Shown one piece after another: positions 31,538-41,638 of a stretch of 64,000 nt of DNA (the stretch's first letter is position 1; each line of letters begins with the position of its first letter). This DNA is from an uncultured Nitrospiraceae bacterium. Lineage in GTDB: Bacteria; Nitrospirota; Thermodesulfovibrionia; Thermodesulfovibrionales; Dissulfurispiraceae. The DNA lies in contig CAVPIW010000012.1 of the NCBI GenBank assembly GCA_963705105.1, forward strand, positions 32,001 to 96,000, read 5' to 3'. The notes under the pieces were generated by a model. It had not been told where the DNA came from and did no database searches. It saw only the letters and a list, made by a program, of their open reading frames with translations. The translations under genes and the position numbers were made by a program.

Positions 31538-31700
31538 TCATAACACCTGGTCGCCATCCCCGGAATACGCAGACTGTGATACCACCACCACGATCAGGGC
31601 AACTATCAGGAGGATGTGGATAAACTCTCCCATCGTGTCACTGCTCACCAGCCCCAGCACCCAGAGAATGATCAAGTATCAAAGCGATCGTCCACAACAT
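31538..31700 (-). pseudogene. Frameshifted lmo0937-family small membrane protein
   Basis: MLWTIALIL, then +1 shift to IILWVLGLVSSDTMGEFIHILLIVALIVVVV; intact paralog at 40744-40884. Confidence 0.75.
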
Positions 31701-31727
31701 ATCATCTTCACTTTTCGGTTTGCTTTA

Positions 31728-31772
31728 GGATCGATGCCGGCTTGCGCACCTCGCGCCAGCCGGCATCGATCC
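31728..31772. terminator. Strong hairpin downstream of the BON gene
   Basis: GGATCGATGCCGGCT...AGCCGGCATCGATCC, 15-bp perfect inverted repeat; no clear U tract. Confidence 0.5.
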
Positions 31773-31777
31773 AGAGT

Positions 31778-32548
31778 CTACTGGGACTTCTCGATGGTCA
31801 TCTGGTTCTTTACGCTCTTCACACCCTTTACGTCGTTGACGTATTTGGTGGCCAACTCCTTTTCGGCTGTGTTCTTGGCCTTGCCACCCAAGGTGACCAC
31901 GCCGTTCTTCGTCGTAACCGTGGTATTGAGGGCACTGGTCGAGCGATGAGACAGCAACGTCATCTTGACCTGGGCGGTGATGGAAGCGTCATCAACCTTC
32001 TCGCCCACCGTTTTGTCCGGCTTTACAGCGGTCTTGGCCACCGTCATTTCGTTCTTCACATCTTTGACGCCTTCGACGTCTTTGGCGTATTCGGCGGTCA
32101 GATCTTTCTGTGCCTGGCTGGTCGCTTCGCCTTGCAGGGTCACGATTCCGTCTTTGGTGTTAACCTCTGTCATGACGCTCACGTTCCGATGAAACAGGAG
32201 CGTGGTTTTCACCTTCGCAGTGAGCCACGCATCCGAGTTTTCAGCGGGGCGTGCGCCTTTGACTTCAAGCCTGTTGTCCACGCTCTTAACCCCGGGCAGG
32301 CCCGCCACGGTCTCCTTGGCCAATGATTTGTGGGATTCTTCAGAGACAGACCCTGTCAAGGTAACGACGCCATCCTTGGACTGGATCTTAATATCGTCAC
32401 CCTTGAGGTAGGTCTTGAACACATACGACGTCTTGGCCGATGATTCGATGCGGTCATCCATCTTGGTCGCGTGCACAGGCATGCTTAAAGTCAATAAAGC
32501 GACCGCCGCCACCATCAAAGCTACACGATACATTGCTTTCATTTTCAT
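31778..32548 (-). CDS. Triple BON-domain protein (OsmY-like)
   Basis: Three D..I/LTA.VK...DGVVTL.G...GVKSV.N units; signal peptide. Confidence 0.9.
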   Translation of the reverse strand: MKMKAMYRVALMVAAVALLTLSMPVHATKMDDRIESSAKTSYVFKTYLKGDDIKIQSKDGVVTLTGSVSEESHKSLAKETVAGLPGVKSVDNRLEVKGARPAENSDAWLTAKVKTTLLFHRNVSVMTEVNTKDGIVTLQGEATSQAQKDLTAEYAKDVEGVKDVKNEMTVAKTAVKPDKTVGEKVDDASITAQVKMTLLSHRSTSALNTTVTTKNGVVTLGGKAKNTAEKELATKYVNDVKGVKSVKNQMTIEKSQ

Positions 32549-32624
32549 TGTACTTTCTCCTTTTGTGTTGTCGAGTTTTGTACCGACCTATTTTCCCGGC
32601 ATACAGCGCTCCTGACCCTCCAGA

Positions 32625-33257
32625 TCATTTGGCAGCCTCTGGCCGGGGCACAAGGTCCTGCCGCTGCGCGTTGTTGAGCATGTCTTCAATTGTCTTTAGC
32701 TCGTCTTGAGCCTCCCGTATCATCCCGCGTTGAATCAGATCCGGGATCCTCATTTTCATGATCTCCCATTTGCCGACCAACTCCTGAACCCCGGGAGGTG
32801 CCTTCGTCGGCGTATCCGTCCCCAGTTTTGCAGCCGTCAGCTTCAATTCATCTACCTGCCGGTTGAAATCGCTGAGCATCCTTTCGTCCTCAGCTTTCAT
32901 CTTTGTCCTGTTCTCCTCTACCGCCGTACCGGCTTTGCGAGCTTGCTCAGCCGCTTCCTCTAACGATTCCTTTGCTTTTCCATATTCTTTGGCGGCCAGA
33001 AGGTGTTTCGCCTTGGCAAGGGAATCTTCAGCTCTTTGGTATTCGTCATGCGCATAAAGATCGGCCTCCTTCTGTCTCGCTTCCGACAACGCCAGTTCCG
33101 CATTTCTTACTTGCTCAGCGGCAGCGTCCGGACCCATTCTCTTTCTTAAGAACAGTAGCCAGACGAGCAAGACAACCACGAGAATAACGACAATTCCCGC
33201 AATGACGTAAACATACGTGGTGTCTATGGATTTTAACGCTGCTGCGAATCTTTCCAT
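32625..33257 (-). CDS. Membrane-anchored coiled-coil protein (DUF4398-like)
   Basis: N-terminal TM helix, AR..EADLYA.DEY..AE..L..A helical motif. Confidence 0.65.
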   Translation of the reverse strand: MERFAAALKSIDTTYVYVIAGIVVILVVVLLVWLLFLRKRMGPDAAAEQVRNAELALSEARQKEADLYAHDEYQRAEDSLAKAKHLLAAKEYGKAKESLEEAAEQARKAGTAVEENRTKMKAEDERMLSDFNRQVDELKLTAAKLGTDTPTKAPPGVQELVGKWEIMKMRIPDLIQRGMIREAQDELKTIEDMLNNAQRQDLVPRPEAAK

Positions 33258-33390
33258 TGCTTCCTCCTGTCGAGCTAGTGATTTTCGGCGCAGCGCCGTG
33301 CGATAATAATCACCGCGCTGCGGCAGATGACCCCCGCTTTAAGGCCCGGCCTTCCCCCAAAGGGGGTGCCGGCGCATGAAGAATCGCTCC

Positions 33391-33570
33391 CTACTTTCCC
33401 AGAACCTTCTTGACTTGGCCGATCTTTTCCTGCGCTTTGCCGGTTATCTTTTCGGCTTTGCCTTCGGCCTCCAACTCGGGATTATCGGTGAGTTTCCCGG
33501 CCATCTCCTTGACCTTACCCTTCGCTTCGTGAAACGTGCCTTTGACTTTGTCCTTCGTGCTGGACTTCAT
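33391..33570 (-). CDS. CsbD-family stress protein (59 aa), copy 1
   Basis: MKSSTKDKVKGTFHEAKGKVKEMAGKLTDNPELEAEGKAEKITGKAQEKIGQVKKVLGK. Confidence 0.88.
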   Translation of the reverse strand: MKSSTKDKVKGTFHEAKGKVKEMAGKLTDNPELEAEGKAEKITGKAQEKIGQVKKVLGK

Positions 33571-33659
33571 GGTATTCCCCCCTTTTGGATTTCGACGTGA
33601 CTGCTGCGGTCACGACAAAACAACGTCCTCCCTTTCTCTGCTTCTGTCTTTATGGGTGC

Positions 33660-33740
33660 CTAACGTCTACTCCACCAGAATCCACCACCGCCGAAGATCA
33701 CAAGCAAAAGGATGACGATGAGTATTGTTTCCATGCTCAT
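33660..33740 (-). CDS. 26-aa single-TM microprotein, copy 1
   Basis: MSMETILIVILLLVIFGGGGFWWSRR, RBS AAGGAG, first ORF after the sigma-54 promoter. Confidence 0.7.
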   Translation of the reverse strand: MSMETILIVILLLVIFGGGGFWWSRR

Positions 33741-33786
33741 GGCTGCTCTCCTTTGTCTCTGAACGTTTACTCCCTACTGTACAAAG

Positions 33787-33801
33787 GCATAAGCTGTGCC
33801 A
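33787..33801 (-). promoter_or_regulatory. Sigma-54 promoter TGGCACAGCTTATGC
   Basis: GG-N10-GC with TGGCAC. Confidence 0.75.
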
Positions 33802-33901
33802 AGACCAGTGCTGAAAGAAAGGGTTCTCCAAGGCATTGAAATGTTGGGAACTCCCAGGGAGTGCTACGACGGGGGAATGATACTGCGGAAGGTGCCAACT
33901 G

Positions 33902-33932
33902 CCGATATATCAGGAGTCTCCTGATATATCAG
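33902..33932. promoter_or_regulatory. 31-bp double palindrome, candidate upstream activator site
   Basis: CCGATATATCAG-GAGTCTC-CTGATATATCAG, 100 bp upstream of the -24 box. Confidence 0.7.
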
Positions 33933-34067
33933 GTATTCCTCTTGCTCCTTTGGATGCCCAGTCTATGCATCCTCGACTCTGAGTCTGACATCAATCTTCA
34001 CGGACCGGGGGCAGCCCAGGCGCTTAAATCCGCCGCTCTCCGGCAACGCGAAGCAGCTTGGCCTGGA
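33929..34067 (-). pseudogene. Remnant of a sigma-54 activator (AAA+ fragment fused to HTH tail)
   Basis: VQAKLLRV/ESGGFKRLGCPRSVKIDVR joined to ESRMHRLGIQRSKRNT*. Confidence 0.7.
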
Positions 34068-34074
34068 CCACCTC

Positions 34075-35457
34075 TCACTTTTCATGGACGTTAGCTTCAT
34101 GCAGATAGGCGGAAGACGCTTTCAGGGATCTGTGAACGGCTGTTTTCCCAAAGATTCCGATCGCTGCGTAGTGGAAGTCCAATCGTGCCAGATGCCCGAG
34201 AATATATTTCCATGAATAAAAACGAGCCATTGCCCTGAAGGTCTCAAACTGAAGGGTGGCCGGTGACATGAGCCGGGGCCTGAAAACCACATGTTGGACA
34301 TCATATTTGCTCCAGTCCGTATGGAGAAGTCTTCCACTCTGCGTCATATCGTGAAAGAGCGGTGTTCCCGGAAGCGGAGTAAGAATCAGGAACTGTATTG
34401 TGTCTATCCCAAGACCCGTTGCAAAATCAGCAGTCCCACGGATAGTTTCCACATCGTCGGTGTCGGCCCCCAAGACGAACATTCCGTGGATATGAATTCC
34501 GTGGTCTCCGACCTCCCTGATACAGGAAATGATATCCTCCCGGTCCTGTTTCTTCTTATAGGCCTTAAGAGTTTCGGGATTGATGGACTCAAAGCCGATG
34601 TACAGCGTATGGCAGCCCGAGTCAGCCATCAGGCGGAGGAGTTCCGGGTCCCTCGCAACATCTGTCCGTACCTGAGCAGACCATCGGGTTTTTATTCCTT
34701 CTGCGATCATTCCTCTGAGAATTTCTTTAGTCCTGTTCTTGTCGGCTGCAAAGTTATCGTCAACAATGAACTTGGTCGCCTTGGATACTGATGCCACATA
34801 TTTCAACTCCTTCAGCGTCGTCTCAACGGACTTGAAGCGATAGCTCCTTCCGAACATCCTGATGACCGAGCAGAACGTGCAGTTATAGGGACAGCCCCTC
34901 GACGTCGTAACAGGATAGGTATTTGACACGTTCCATTTGTGAACAAGAGAGAAGTCAGGCTCGGGGAGGTTGTCAAGGTCCTTAATGAACTCTCTGGAGG
35001 GGTTATGAACATTCCGTCCGTCCCTGTCCCTGTATGAAAGACCTTTGATGGCTGTTAATGCCGGCGTCCCCTTTCTCATATGCTCAAGCAATTCCACAAG
35101 GGAATGCTCTCCTTCCCCGCGTATGATAAAGTCGGCATATTCCAGGGCTTCATCAGGCAGAAACGTGGGATGCGCCCCACCCATAATCACCGGGATACCC
35201 AAGGCTTTTAGCCGTTTCCCCATTTTGTAGGCCCTTGTCGCTGTGGACGTTATGGTCGAGATGCAGACGAGGTCGGAGCTCTCAATGAATGACCAGTCGG
35301 GTTCGGCAACATCCTCAATAAATGCCTTTACTTCGTATCCCCTTTCCCTTAGGATGGTAGAAAGCAACACGGCGCCAAGCCGCGGTATGGGAAATCTGCT
35401 GAAGATATGCAGCCCTGGTGAGCCCGCCTCGATAAATGAAACTCTTCTGATGGTCAT
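34075..35457 (-). CDS. B12-binding domain radical SAM protein
   Basis: GGAHPTFLPDEAL..RGEGE, TSRGCPYNCTFC, GFES, TPLPGT. Confidence 0.9.
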   Translation of the reverse strand: MTIRRVSFIEAGSPGLHIFSRFPIPRLGAVLLSTILRERGYEVKAFIEDVAEPDWSFIESSDLVCISTITSTATRAYKMGKRLKALGIPVIMGGAHPTFLPDEALEYADFIIRGEGEHSLVELLEHMRKGTPALTAIKGLSYRDRDGRNVHNPSREFIKDLDNLPEPDFSLVHKWNVSNTYPVTTSRGCPYNCTFCSVIRMFGRSYRFKSVETTLKELKYVASVSKATKFIVDDNFAADKNRTKEILRGMIAEGIKTRWSAQVRTDVARDPELLRLMADSGCHTLYIGFESINPETLKAYKKKQDREDIISCIREVGDHGIHIHGMFVLGADTDDVETIRGTADFATGLGIDTIQFLILTPLPGTPLFHDMTQSGRLLHTDWSKYDVQHVVFRPRLMSPATLQFETFRAMARFYSWKYILGHLARLDFHYAAIGIFGKTAVHRSLKASSAYLHEANVHEK

Positions 35458-35782
35458 ATTGATGACATTATATTCCGGAAGACCCTTCCATGCAACTCCA
35501 TATTCTCGTTACATATCCAACTCTGGGGACAGACTAATTTATTCACCGCGACAGCCCTTCTCTCCTTCTCCGCAGGAAAGTTCTTCCAGCACGCCATCAT
35601 CTTTCTTCAGAAGGATTATCTATGAGCCATGGCCGGCGCAAGTTTACCCGCCTCTGGCGGCGCCGATGGCGACCGGGGCCGGAATGACTACGATGGGACC
35701 GCAGCAATAGCAAGTGCCGCCGTACCTCCCTTAGACACTATAGAATACCGCCCATCCTGTCTTTCCTGTCTTCAGCCATGCT

Positions 35783-37318
35783 TCATGCCTCTGCTGGCTC
35801 TTTCCGGGAAGCGCCCCTCTGCCTCTTCCCCTCCACTAATTTTGATTGACCAACCTTCCTGAAATCAATGAATCCCCGTTCCACGTCTGTATGAATCAAC
35901 TGCACTCGAATCCTGTTGCCGACATCAAGGCCCTCGAAACCATCGACCACTCTCCCCTCGACAGGGATAGTGAGAAGCCGGGCCCAGGTGCCTTTTTCCG
36001 CTGCGCCGGTAACGATAGCGTCAAACTGCTCCCCAATTCTGTGTTCCAGCAGCATTGCAGCAGCTGATTTGCCGACCTGCCGTTCCACTTTGTTGGCGGC
36101 GTCCTCTTCTTCGGTACAATGTTTGGCCAGGACCTCCAATTCATCGATGCTATACGGAAACGATCTTCCTTCCACAGCGGCCTTTAATAAGCGTTGTGTG
36201 ATAAGGTCGGTATAGCGGCGATTGGGGGCTGTGGAATGGGTATAATCCCTGACAGCGAGACCAAAGTGTCCGGGGGCTGTGTCCCCCGGAAGCTCTGCAA
36301 TATACTCACCGGCCCCCATAAGTTTGATCACCGCGAGGGAGAGGTCGGGAAATCTGGTCGGATCGGACGCCTTCTGCCTGGTCAGGAACTCCTCCAGGGC
36401 CTTTGCATCCGGAGTAGAGGGAAGCTTTGCCCCATGTTCGTCAGCAAGCTCGACAATCCTCTCCCATCGCTTCGGAGTACGGACAACACGCCGGATGGAA
36501 GGGAAGTTCTTTGAGGTGAGATAGCGGGCAGTCACGCCGTTTGCCCCTATCATGAAATCCTCGATAATGTCCTTTGCGCGGTTCTTCTTTTCGACTTCAA
36601 GGTCACGGATTTCATCACCATCGAATATCGGCTTCGCCTCTATCGTTTCAAAACTTAGGGCGCCGTGAACATGCCGGAGGGTCTTCATGCTTTGTGCCGC
36701 CCTGTCCTGCAGGCGGAGATTCTCATCGAGGCTATCTACCGCGGCAACCGCCTCGGGCACCGTTCCACTGCCTTCCAGCCACGCAGCGACGCTGTTATAT
36801 GCCAGCTTTGACTGATTGCGCACACGCGCCCGGTAGATATCAGAGCCCTTTAAAGAGCCGTCCGCGCCTATCACCATTTCAACCACCATTGCCAGTCGAT
36901 CTTCATTGTAGTTCAGGGAGGTGATGTCGGTGGAGAGCTTTTCAGGAAGCATCGGGAATATTTGGGCCGCGGTGTAAACAGAGGTAGTATTGTGGCGGGC
37001 ATGATCGTCGATTGCCGATCCGTTCATAACTATCGAGTCCACGTCAGCCACTGCAACAAGAATCTTTACATCGCCCCCGGCAATCGCCTCCGCAACAGTG
37101 AGCTGATCTAAATCACGGGAATCATCATTGTCGATAGACGCCCAGAGCAGGCCCCTTAGGTCACGGACCTGCCCGCCGTCTATTGCCGCAGGTGCCTGAA
37201 TTCTGTCAAGCTCGAGGAGTGCTTCGGCAGAAAAGTCAGGGAGTAAGCCCCTCTGGAGCATTGCCCTATGGGCGATTCTCTGCAGAAGGAGCCGGTGCTG
37301 TTTATCATTCGTATTCAT
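35783..37318 (-). CDS. RNB-domain exoribonuclease (RNase II/R-like, no N-terminal cold-shock domains)
   Basis: SIDNDDSRDLDQ, IEDFMIGAN, GHFGLA..YTHSTAPNRRYTDL; C-terminal S1-like segment. Confidence 0.88.
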   Translation of the reverse strand: MNTNDKQHRLLLQRIAHRAMLQRGLLPDFSAEALLELDRIQAPAAIDGGQVRDLRGLLWASIDNDDSRDLDQLTVAEAIAGGDVKILVAVADVDSIVMNGSAIDDHARHNTTSVYTAAQIFPMLPEKLSTDITSLNYNEDRLAMVVEMVIGADGSLKGSDIYRARVRNQSKLAYNSVAAWLEGSGTVPEAVAAVDSLDENLRLQDRAAQSMKTLRHVHGALSFETIEAKPIFDGDEIRDLEVEKKNRAKDIIEDFMIGANGVTARYLTSKNFPSIRRVVRTPKRWERIVELADEHGAKLPSTPDAKALEEFLTRQKASDPTRFPDLSLAVIKLMGAGEYIAELPGDTAPGHFGLAVRDYTHSTAPNRRYTDLITQRLLKAAVEGRSFPYSIDELEVLAKHCTEEEDAANKVERQVGKSAAAMLLEHRIGEQFDAIVTGAAEKGTWARLLTIPVEGRVVDGFEGLDVGNRIRVQLIHTDVERGFIDFRKVGQSKLVEGKRQRGASRKEPAEA

Positions 37319-37473
37319 AAGCTATCCATTTCACCTTCACCCAAGGCGTTTCTCAAAAACCCTTCGGAAACGCTTTGCCTTCGTTCCAGTTTGTAACTGT
37401 GGGGCTGTAGCTTCTTCTGCCTGCTGTGCCCTTTTCCTTTCTGCTTTTCATAGGTAATTCACCATCTGATCGA

Positions 37474-40081
37474 TCATCGTGGCTTTTCCTGCTGTCCTGG
37501 CTCGTCCCGCGACTTGTCCTTCTGACCAGGCTTTGCCGGTGCCACGTGCTCAGGTATCACGACCGTCGCGGGTTGGCCAGGCTTTGCCGGTGCCAGGTGC
37601 TTCGGTACGACGACCTGACCGGGACGTTCCTGCTGCCCAGGTTTTACCGGTGTCGCATGCTCGGGTATGGCGACCTGGCCTGTCTTACCCGGCCTTGCCG
37701 GTGCTACGCGTTCGGGTACCACAGCCTGACCCGGATGTTCAGGTTGTGCCGGCGCCACGTGCTGCGGCACGACAACCTGTTTTGATTGACCCGGTCTCGC
37801 CGGTGCCACGTGCTGCGGCACGACGACCTGACCGGAAGGCGGAGGTTGACCCGGTCTCGCCGGCGCCACGTGCTGAGGCACAACGACCTGTTTTGATTGA
37901 TCCGGCTTTGCCGGTGCCACGTGCTTCGGTACGACAACCTGGCCGGGACGGTCCTGCTGCCCCGGCTTTACCGGTGTCGCATGCTCGGGTATGACGACCT
38001 GGCCTGTCTTGCCTGGCCGTGCCGGTGCTACGTGTTCGGGTACCACGGCCTGACTCGGATGTTCAGGTTGTGCCGGCGCCACGTGCTGCGGCACGACAAC
38101 CTGTTTTGATTGACCCGGCTTCGCCGGTGCCACGTGCTGCGGCACCACAACCTGACCGGAAGGCGCAGGCTGACCCGGTCTTGCCGGCGCCACGTGCTGC
38201 GGCACGACAACCTGTTTTGATTGACCCGGCTTTGCCGGTGCCACGTGCTTAGGCACGACGACCTGGCCGGGACGGTCCTGCTGACCCGGCTTTCACCGGT
38301 GTCGCATGCTCGGGTACGACAACCTGGCCTGTCCTGCCCGGCCGTGCCGGTGCTACGTGTTCGGGTACCACAGCCTGACTCGGATGTTCAGGTTGTGCCG
38401 GCGCCACGTGCTGCGGCACGACAACCTGTTTTGATTGACCTGGCCTTGCCGGTGCCACGTGCTTCGGCACGACAACCTGGGCAGGCTGAGCCGGCAGGAC
38501 TCCCCTGCCGGCACCCCTGATTTCCCTTTGTGGGAGCTTTATCTCTGATTTCGGGCGGTTCACCTCGTTGGCCGGTACAATGTAGTTCGTGGTCTTGGGT
38601 TGTTCTATCCGGGCCTCGCGGTTGACCCTCCCCTGCTTGATACTCTTCACTTGTTGCTGGAGCAAAGCGGCGTTTTCTTTCTTGCCCCTCTGGATGTTCG
38701 TCCTATTCTGCTGGATTCGGCTGACCACCGTGTTGTGGGGCTTCTCGTTCACCGCTGCGGTGGTGTAGTTGTACCTCTGCCTGTTCGTCGAGAAATTGCT
38801 GATCACCGTGTTATTGACGACCGGTGCCGCACGGTAGTTGCTGACAATGGTGGTGGGGTTTATGTTGGTTACCCGTACATCCCGGTAATTCTTTACGCCG
38901 TAAAAATCGTTCTGAGGGATCACGACGGCGTGGTTTGCGTAAGCATAATTCCGGACGTTGATGTTAATTCGCGTGACGTTGACGTTGGTTACCACCACAT
39001 CGTGGGGGCCTCCCCAGTTGCGGTGGCTGTAGTATGTTTCGCGCGGCGCCAGAGGCACCCAGCCCACATAAGCTCCACTATGAATCCATGAAACCCTTCC
39101 GGGACTCCAGAAGAAGCCTATGTTCAGGAAGGGAAGACCGATGCGCAGACTCACCACAGGCGGGGCCCAATACCAGTTATCCCGCGCGTAGACCCAATTG
39201 CCGTAATGGTGGGTGACGTACCCGAAGGGTTCTTCCGGAATCCACGTTTGATCGCCGTACCAGTCAGTCCAGCGGCCCGCGGTGAAGGGAGACCATCCCA
39301 CGGCTACGGTGGTAGGCCGCCAGAACCAGCGCTCCGTGCCTTCATAGGGAACACTCTCCCATCTTCCGTTCTCTTCAAGGGCATATGCGTCGGCCTGGAG
39401 ACTGGGGGGAAGATATTCGGCCGACCGCCCCCGCACCCTGGCCTTTGCTGCCCAGAAGGTTTCGCGATCCCTGTTCCACCGATCCCAGTCAGGATCGACG
39501 GTTCCCTCGCCTGACGACACCTGGTTTTGGTCAGCGAGGATTGACGGGGACCCCGCTGTCACGTCGTACTTGGCCTTAGTTGCCAGGTGGACGAAACTGA
39601 CCGTGCCCTTTACCGCGACCACTTCGACGGAGTTCTCGCCCACGTAAAAGTCGAAGACTGCACCGGGATAGGCCAGAACGTACCCAAAGGGACTTGTCGC
39701 TTTAATGACCGTACGGGTTCCTTTATTGTAAAACCGGGCCACGCCCGCAGCCACGTCCGCTTCGGACAGGTCAGTGCCAAGGGCGATGAACTGGATCTGG
39801 GTGCTGTTCCCGACCCTGATCCAGCTCCCGTTGGGGACGATCAGCTCCGCCATCCCCAGGCTTCCTGAAAAGAGTGTATCTTCCGTACCGAAGGGTGCGT
39901 CCCTGACTACGGCTACCCAATCCTTCACATCAGGAACATAACGGAGCAGGTCCCCTTCTATATAATTTACGCGGCCTACCTCGATGGCCGGCTTGTTTGC
40001 AGCCGAGGATTGGGAGGCTATTGCCACCACCGCAAAAAGCATACACACCAGCAGTCCCATCATCCATTTTATTCTTTTCAT
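37474..40081 (-). pseudogene. FecR/DUF6600-like secreted protein with Pro/Gln/Val repeat tail; +1 frameshift near 38294 (real or sequencing error)
   Basis: WSPFTAGRW..WIPEEPFGYVTHHYGNW..WVPLAPRE. ORF 38249-40081 leaves the repeat register at HATPVK; ORF 37474-38256 continues the repeats. Confidence 0.75.
37520..38480. repeat. Coding tandem repeat: ~18 units of 51/60 bp with a 324-bp higher-order period
   Basis: QVVVPxHVAPAxPG units; CCGGGACG at 37943 and 38267. Confidence 0.9.
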
Positions 40082-40094
40082 TTGTGACTCCTCT

Positions 40095-40418
40095 CTACGT
40101 AGGGTGGCTTCGCCCCTTGGGCATGACTATGCAAGAGCTGCTTTCGGCGCCCTTACTCCCCGTGATTCCCTTCTTCACGGTCCCCGCGGCGCTCATCTCG
40201 CGAGCGTCCACGATTGTCCCGGCGCTCTTTCTTCCACAGTTTCTTCTCTCCTTTTCAGCTTGTTCTCCTGTGCAGCCGCATCTCGCCCGCAGAAGGCTCG
40301 GCAGACGATCAAGGTTTATATCGACCGCACCAAGGTCTTTGTCGGTGAGGACCTCCCGTCGCTGTCTTAGTGCATCTCTTAATTGTTTCAACGTGCCTTC
40401 CAGTATGTCTCTACTCAA
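40095..40418 (-). pseudogene. Degenerate YjbJ/CsbD-like gene
   Basis: SRDILEGTLKQLR...LTDKDL...GCTGEQAEKE resembles YjbJ-type proteins, but conserved Trp/Tyr residues are lost and the frame runs on. Confidence 0.45.
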
Positions 40419-40478
40419 AGCTTGTAGTTCTCCTTTCAGACTAATTCACAGTGAGTTCTCATACCCTGATTGCAGTAT

Positions 40479-40696
40479 TAACCTTTCTGTTGCATGAAAA
40501 GGCGGGGCGAAGCGCCTCAAAGCCTTGCTGAAGGCGACGATACGCCTCGTCATCTTCGTGTTTCAGGATTCCACTCTTTGTGTCATCGACCATTGGCGTA
40601 TAGTTCATCTCTCGTTCTGATACAGGTGTCGCCGCATCAAGGTTTTCGGCGCATACACCCCGCCTTTCTCGGGAGTGTATTGCAACAATAAGGTTA
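40479..40696 (+). repeat. Modular repeat copy R6 (complete: left end + B + C + right end)
   Basis: TA|ACCTTTCTGTTGCATGAAAAGGCGGGGCG...TTGCAACAATAAGGT|TA; nearly collinear with 60808-61020. Confidence 0.88.
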
Positions 40697-40743
40697 ATAC
40701 CTGTGACCAAGGCAACGTAGGACCTGTAAATCATTTGCCGCCT

Positions 40744-40884
40744 TCATCGCCTCTGAATGAGCCCTACCACCAGCACAATCACTGCGACGACGAGCAAAAT
40801 ATGGATGAACCCGCCCATCGTGTAACTGCTCACGAGCCCCAAAAGCCAGAGTACAATGAGTATTACGCAGATCGTCCAAAGCAT
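40744..40884 (-). CDS. lmo0937-family small membrane protein (46 aa)
   Basis: MLWTICVILIVLWLLGLVSSYTMGGFIHILLVVAVIVLVVGLIQRR; RBS AAGGAGG. Confidence 0.85.
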   Translation of the reverse strand: MLWTICVILIVLWLLGLVSSYTMGGFIHILLVVAVIVLVVGLIQRR

Positions 40885-40958
40885 AGTAACCTCCTTTCCT
40901 TATATGAGGCCTTGTCTCACGCCTGCACACCGAAACCGAGGGCGTATTTTTGCCCATC

Positions 40959-41294
40959 TCATCCCGGTCCATCTGTCCTGAGGACAGTTTCTATGAGATC
41001 CATTCCCGCCGTGTGTGACACCGTATTAAAGCGCAATTCAGGTTGCTCGTTCGAGAGCTCCATGAGCTCAAACAGCCGCCGCTGATTGTCTGTAAGGAGG
41101 TGGCTCTCAAGGTTTTCCTGCGTCTCCCATTCCTCCACCAGGATTAAGGCATCTCTGTTTTCTACCTCTTCATAGAGACGGTAACTCAGGCACCCCCTCT
41201 CGACCCGGGTAGGTTCGAGCATCCCCCTCATTGCTTCTAAAACATCATGCCGCTTTTCAGGCCGGACAGTCATTCTTAATGTCACAAGTATCAT
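40959..41294 (-). CDS. Antibiotic biosynthesis monooxygenase (ABM) family protein
   Basis: TRVERGCLSYRLY...LVEEWETQENLESH. Confidence 0.85.
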   Translation of the reverse strand: MILVTLRMTVRPEKRHDVLEAMRGMLEPTRVERGCLSYRLYEEVENRDALILVEEWETQENLESHLLTDNQRRLFELMELSNEQPELRFNTVSHTAGMDLIETVLRTDGPG

Positions 41295-41382
41295 GGCGCC
41301 GTGAATTCCTAAGAATTAGATATCAACTTTCTCCGCTTTACGCAGTGACTGCGTGAAAAGAAGATCTACATACCATTTAATA

Positions 41383-41397
41383 GCATTAATCAAGCCA
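41383..41397 (-). promoter_or_regulatory. Sigma-54 promoter TGGCTTGATTAATGC
   Basis: GG-N10-GC, same spacing to the palindrome as the other two copies. Confidence 0.65.
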
Positions 41398-41497
41398 GGA
41401 CTGTTGTTGATGGGACAGGAGTCTCTATGATGTTGATAATATGGCGAGGTCAGCGAAGACTACGATGAGGGTGGTATAATCTGAAAGGTGCCGTCTG

Positions 41498-41528
41498 CTG
41501 ATATATCAGGAGTCTCCTGATATATCAG
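41498..41528. promoter_or_regulatory. 31-bp double palindrome, candidate upstream activator site
   Basis: CTGATATATCAG-GAGTCTC-CTGATATATCAG. Confidence 0.7.
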
Positions 41529-41623
41529 GCATTCTTCTTGACTCTTTGGATGCTCAGCCTCTGCATCCTCGATTCGAGTGTCTTTGGGTGGATCCCTAAA
41601 ATCTCTGCTGCACCGTTCTTCGA
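41525..41623 (-). pseudogene. C-terminal Fis-type HTH remnant of a sigma-54 activator
   Basis: SKNGAAEILGIHPKTLESRMQRLSIQRVKKNA*; no start codon. Confidence 0.75.
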
Positions 41624-41638
41624 ATAACTGCAACGGAA

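Larger units (their letters stand above)
33391..34067. repeat. ~677-bp direct repeat, copy 1 (copy 2 at 46820-47496)
   Basis: Constant offset of 13429; the first ~450 bp look identical. Confidence 0.95.

Noticed and set aside
37520..38480. Regularly spaced GCCGGTGCCACGTGCT repeats resembling a CRISPR array
   Set aside because: The spacers are themselves repeated, unit lengths are multiples of 3 and encode a protein repeat, and no cas genes are present.
40459..40734. Recurring short ORFs with ERRGVCAENLAAATP / QQGFEALRPAFSCN peptides (also 60878-61232, 21800-22009, and the N-terminal extension of ORF 59572-60510)
   Set aside because: They are translations of the non-coding modular repeat; frames and stops are not conserved between copies.
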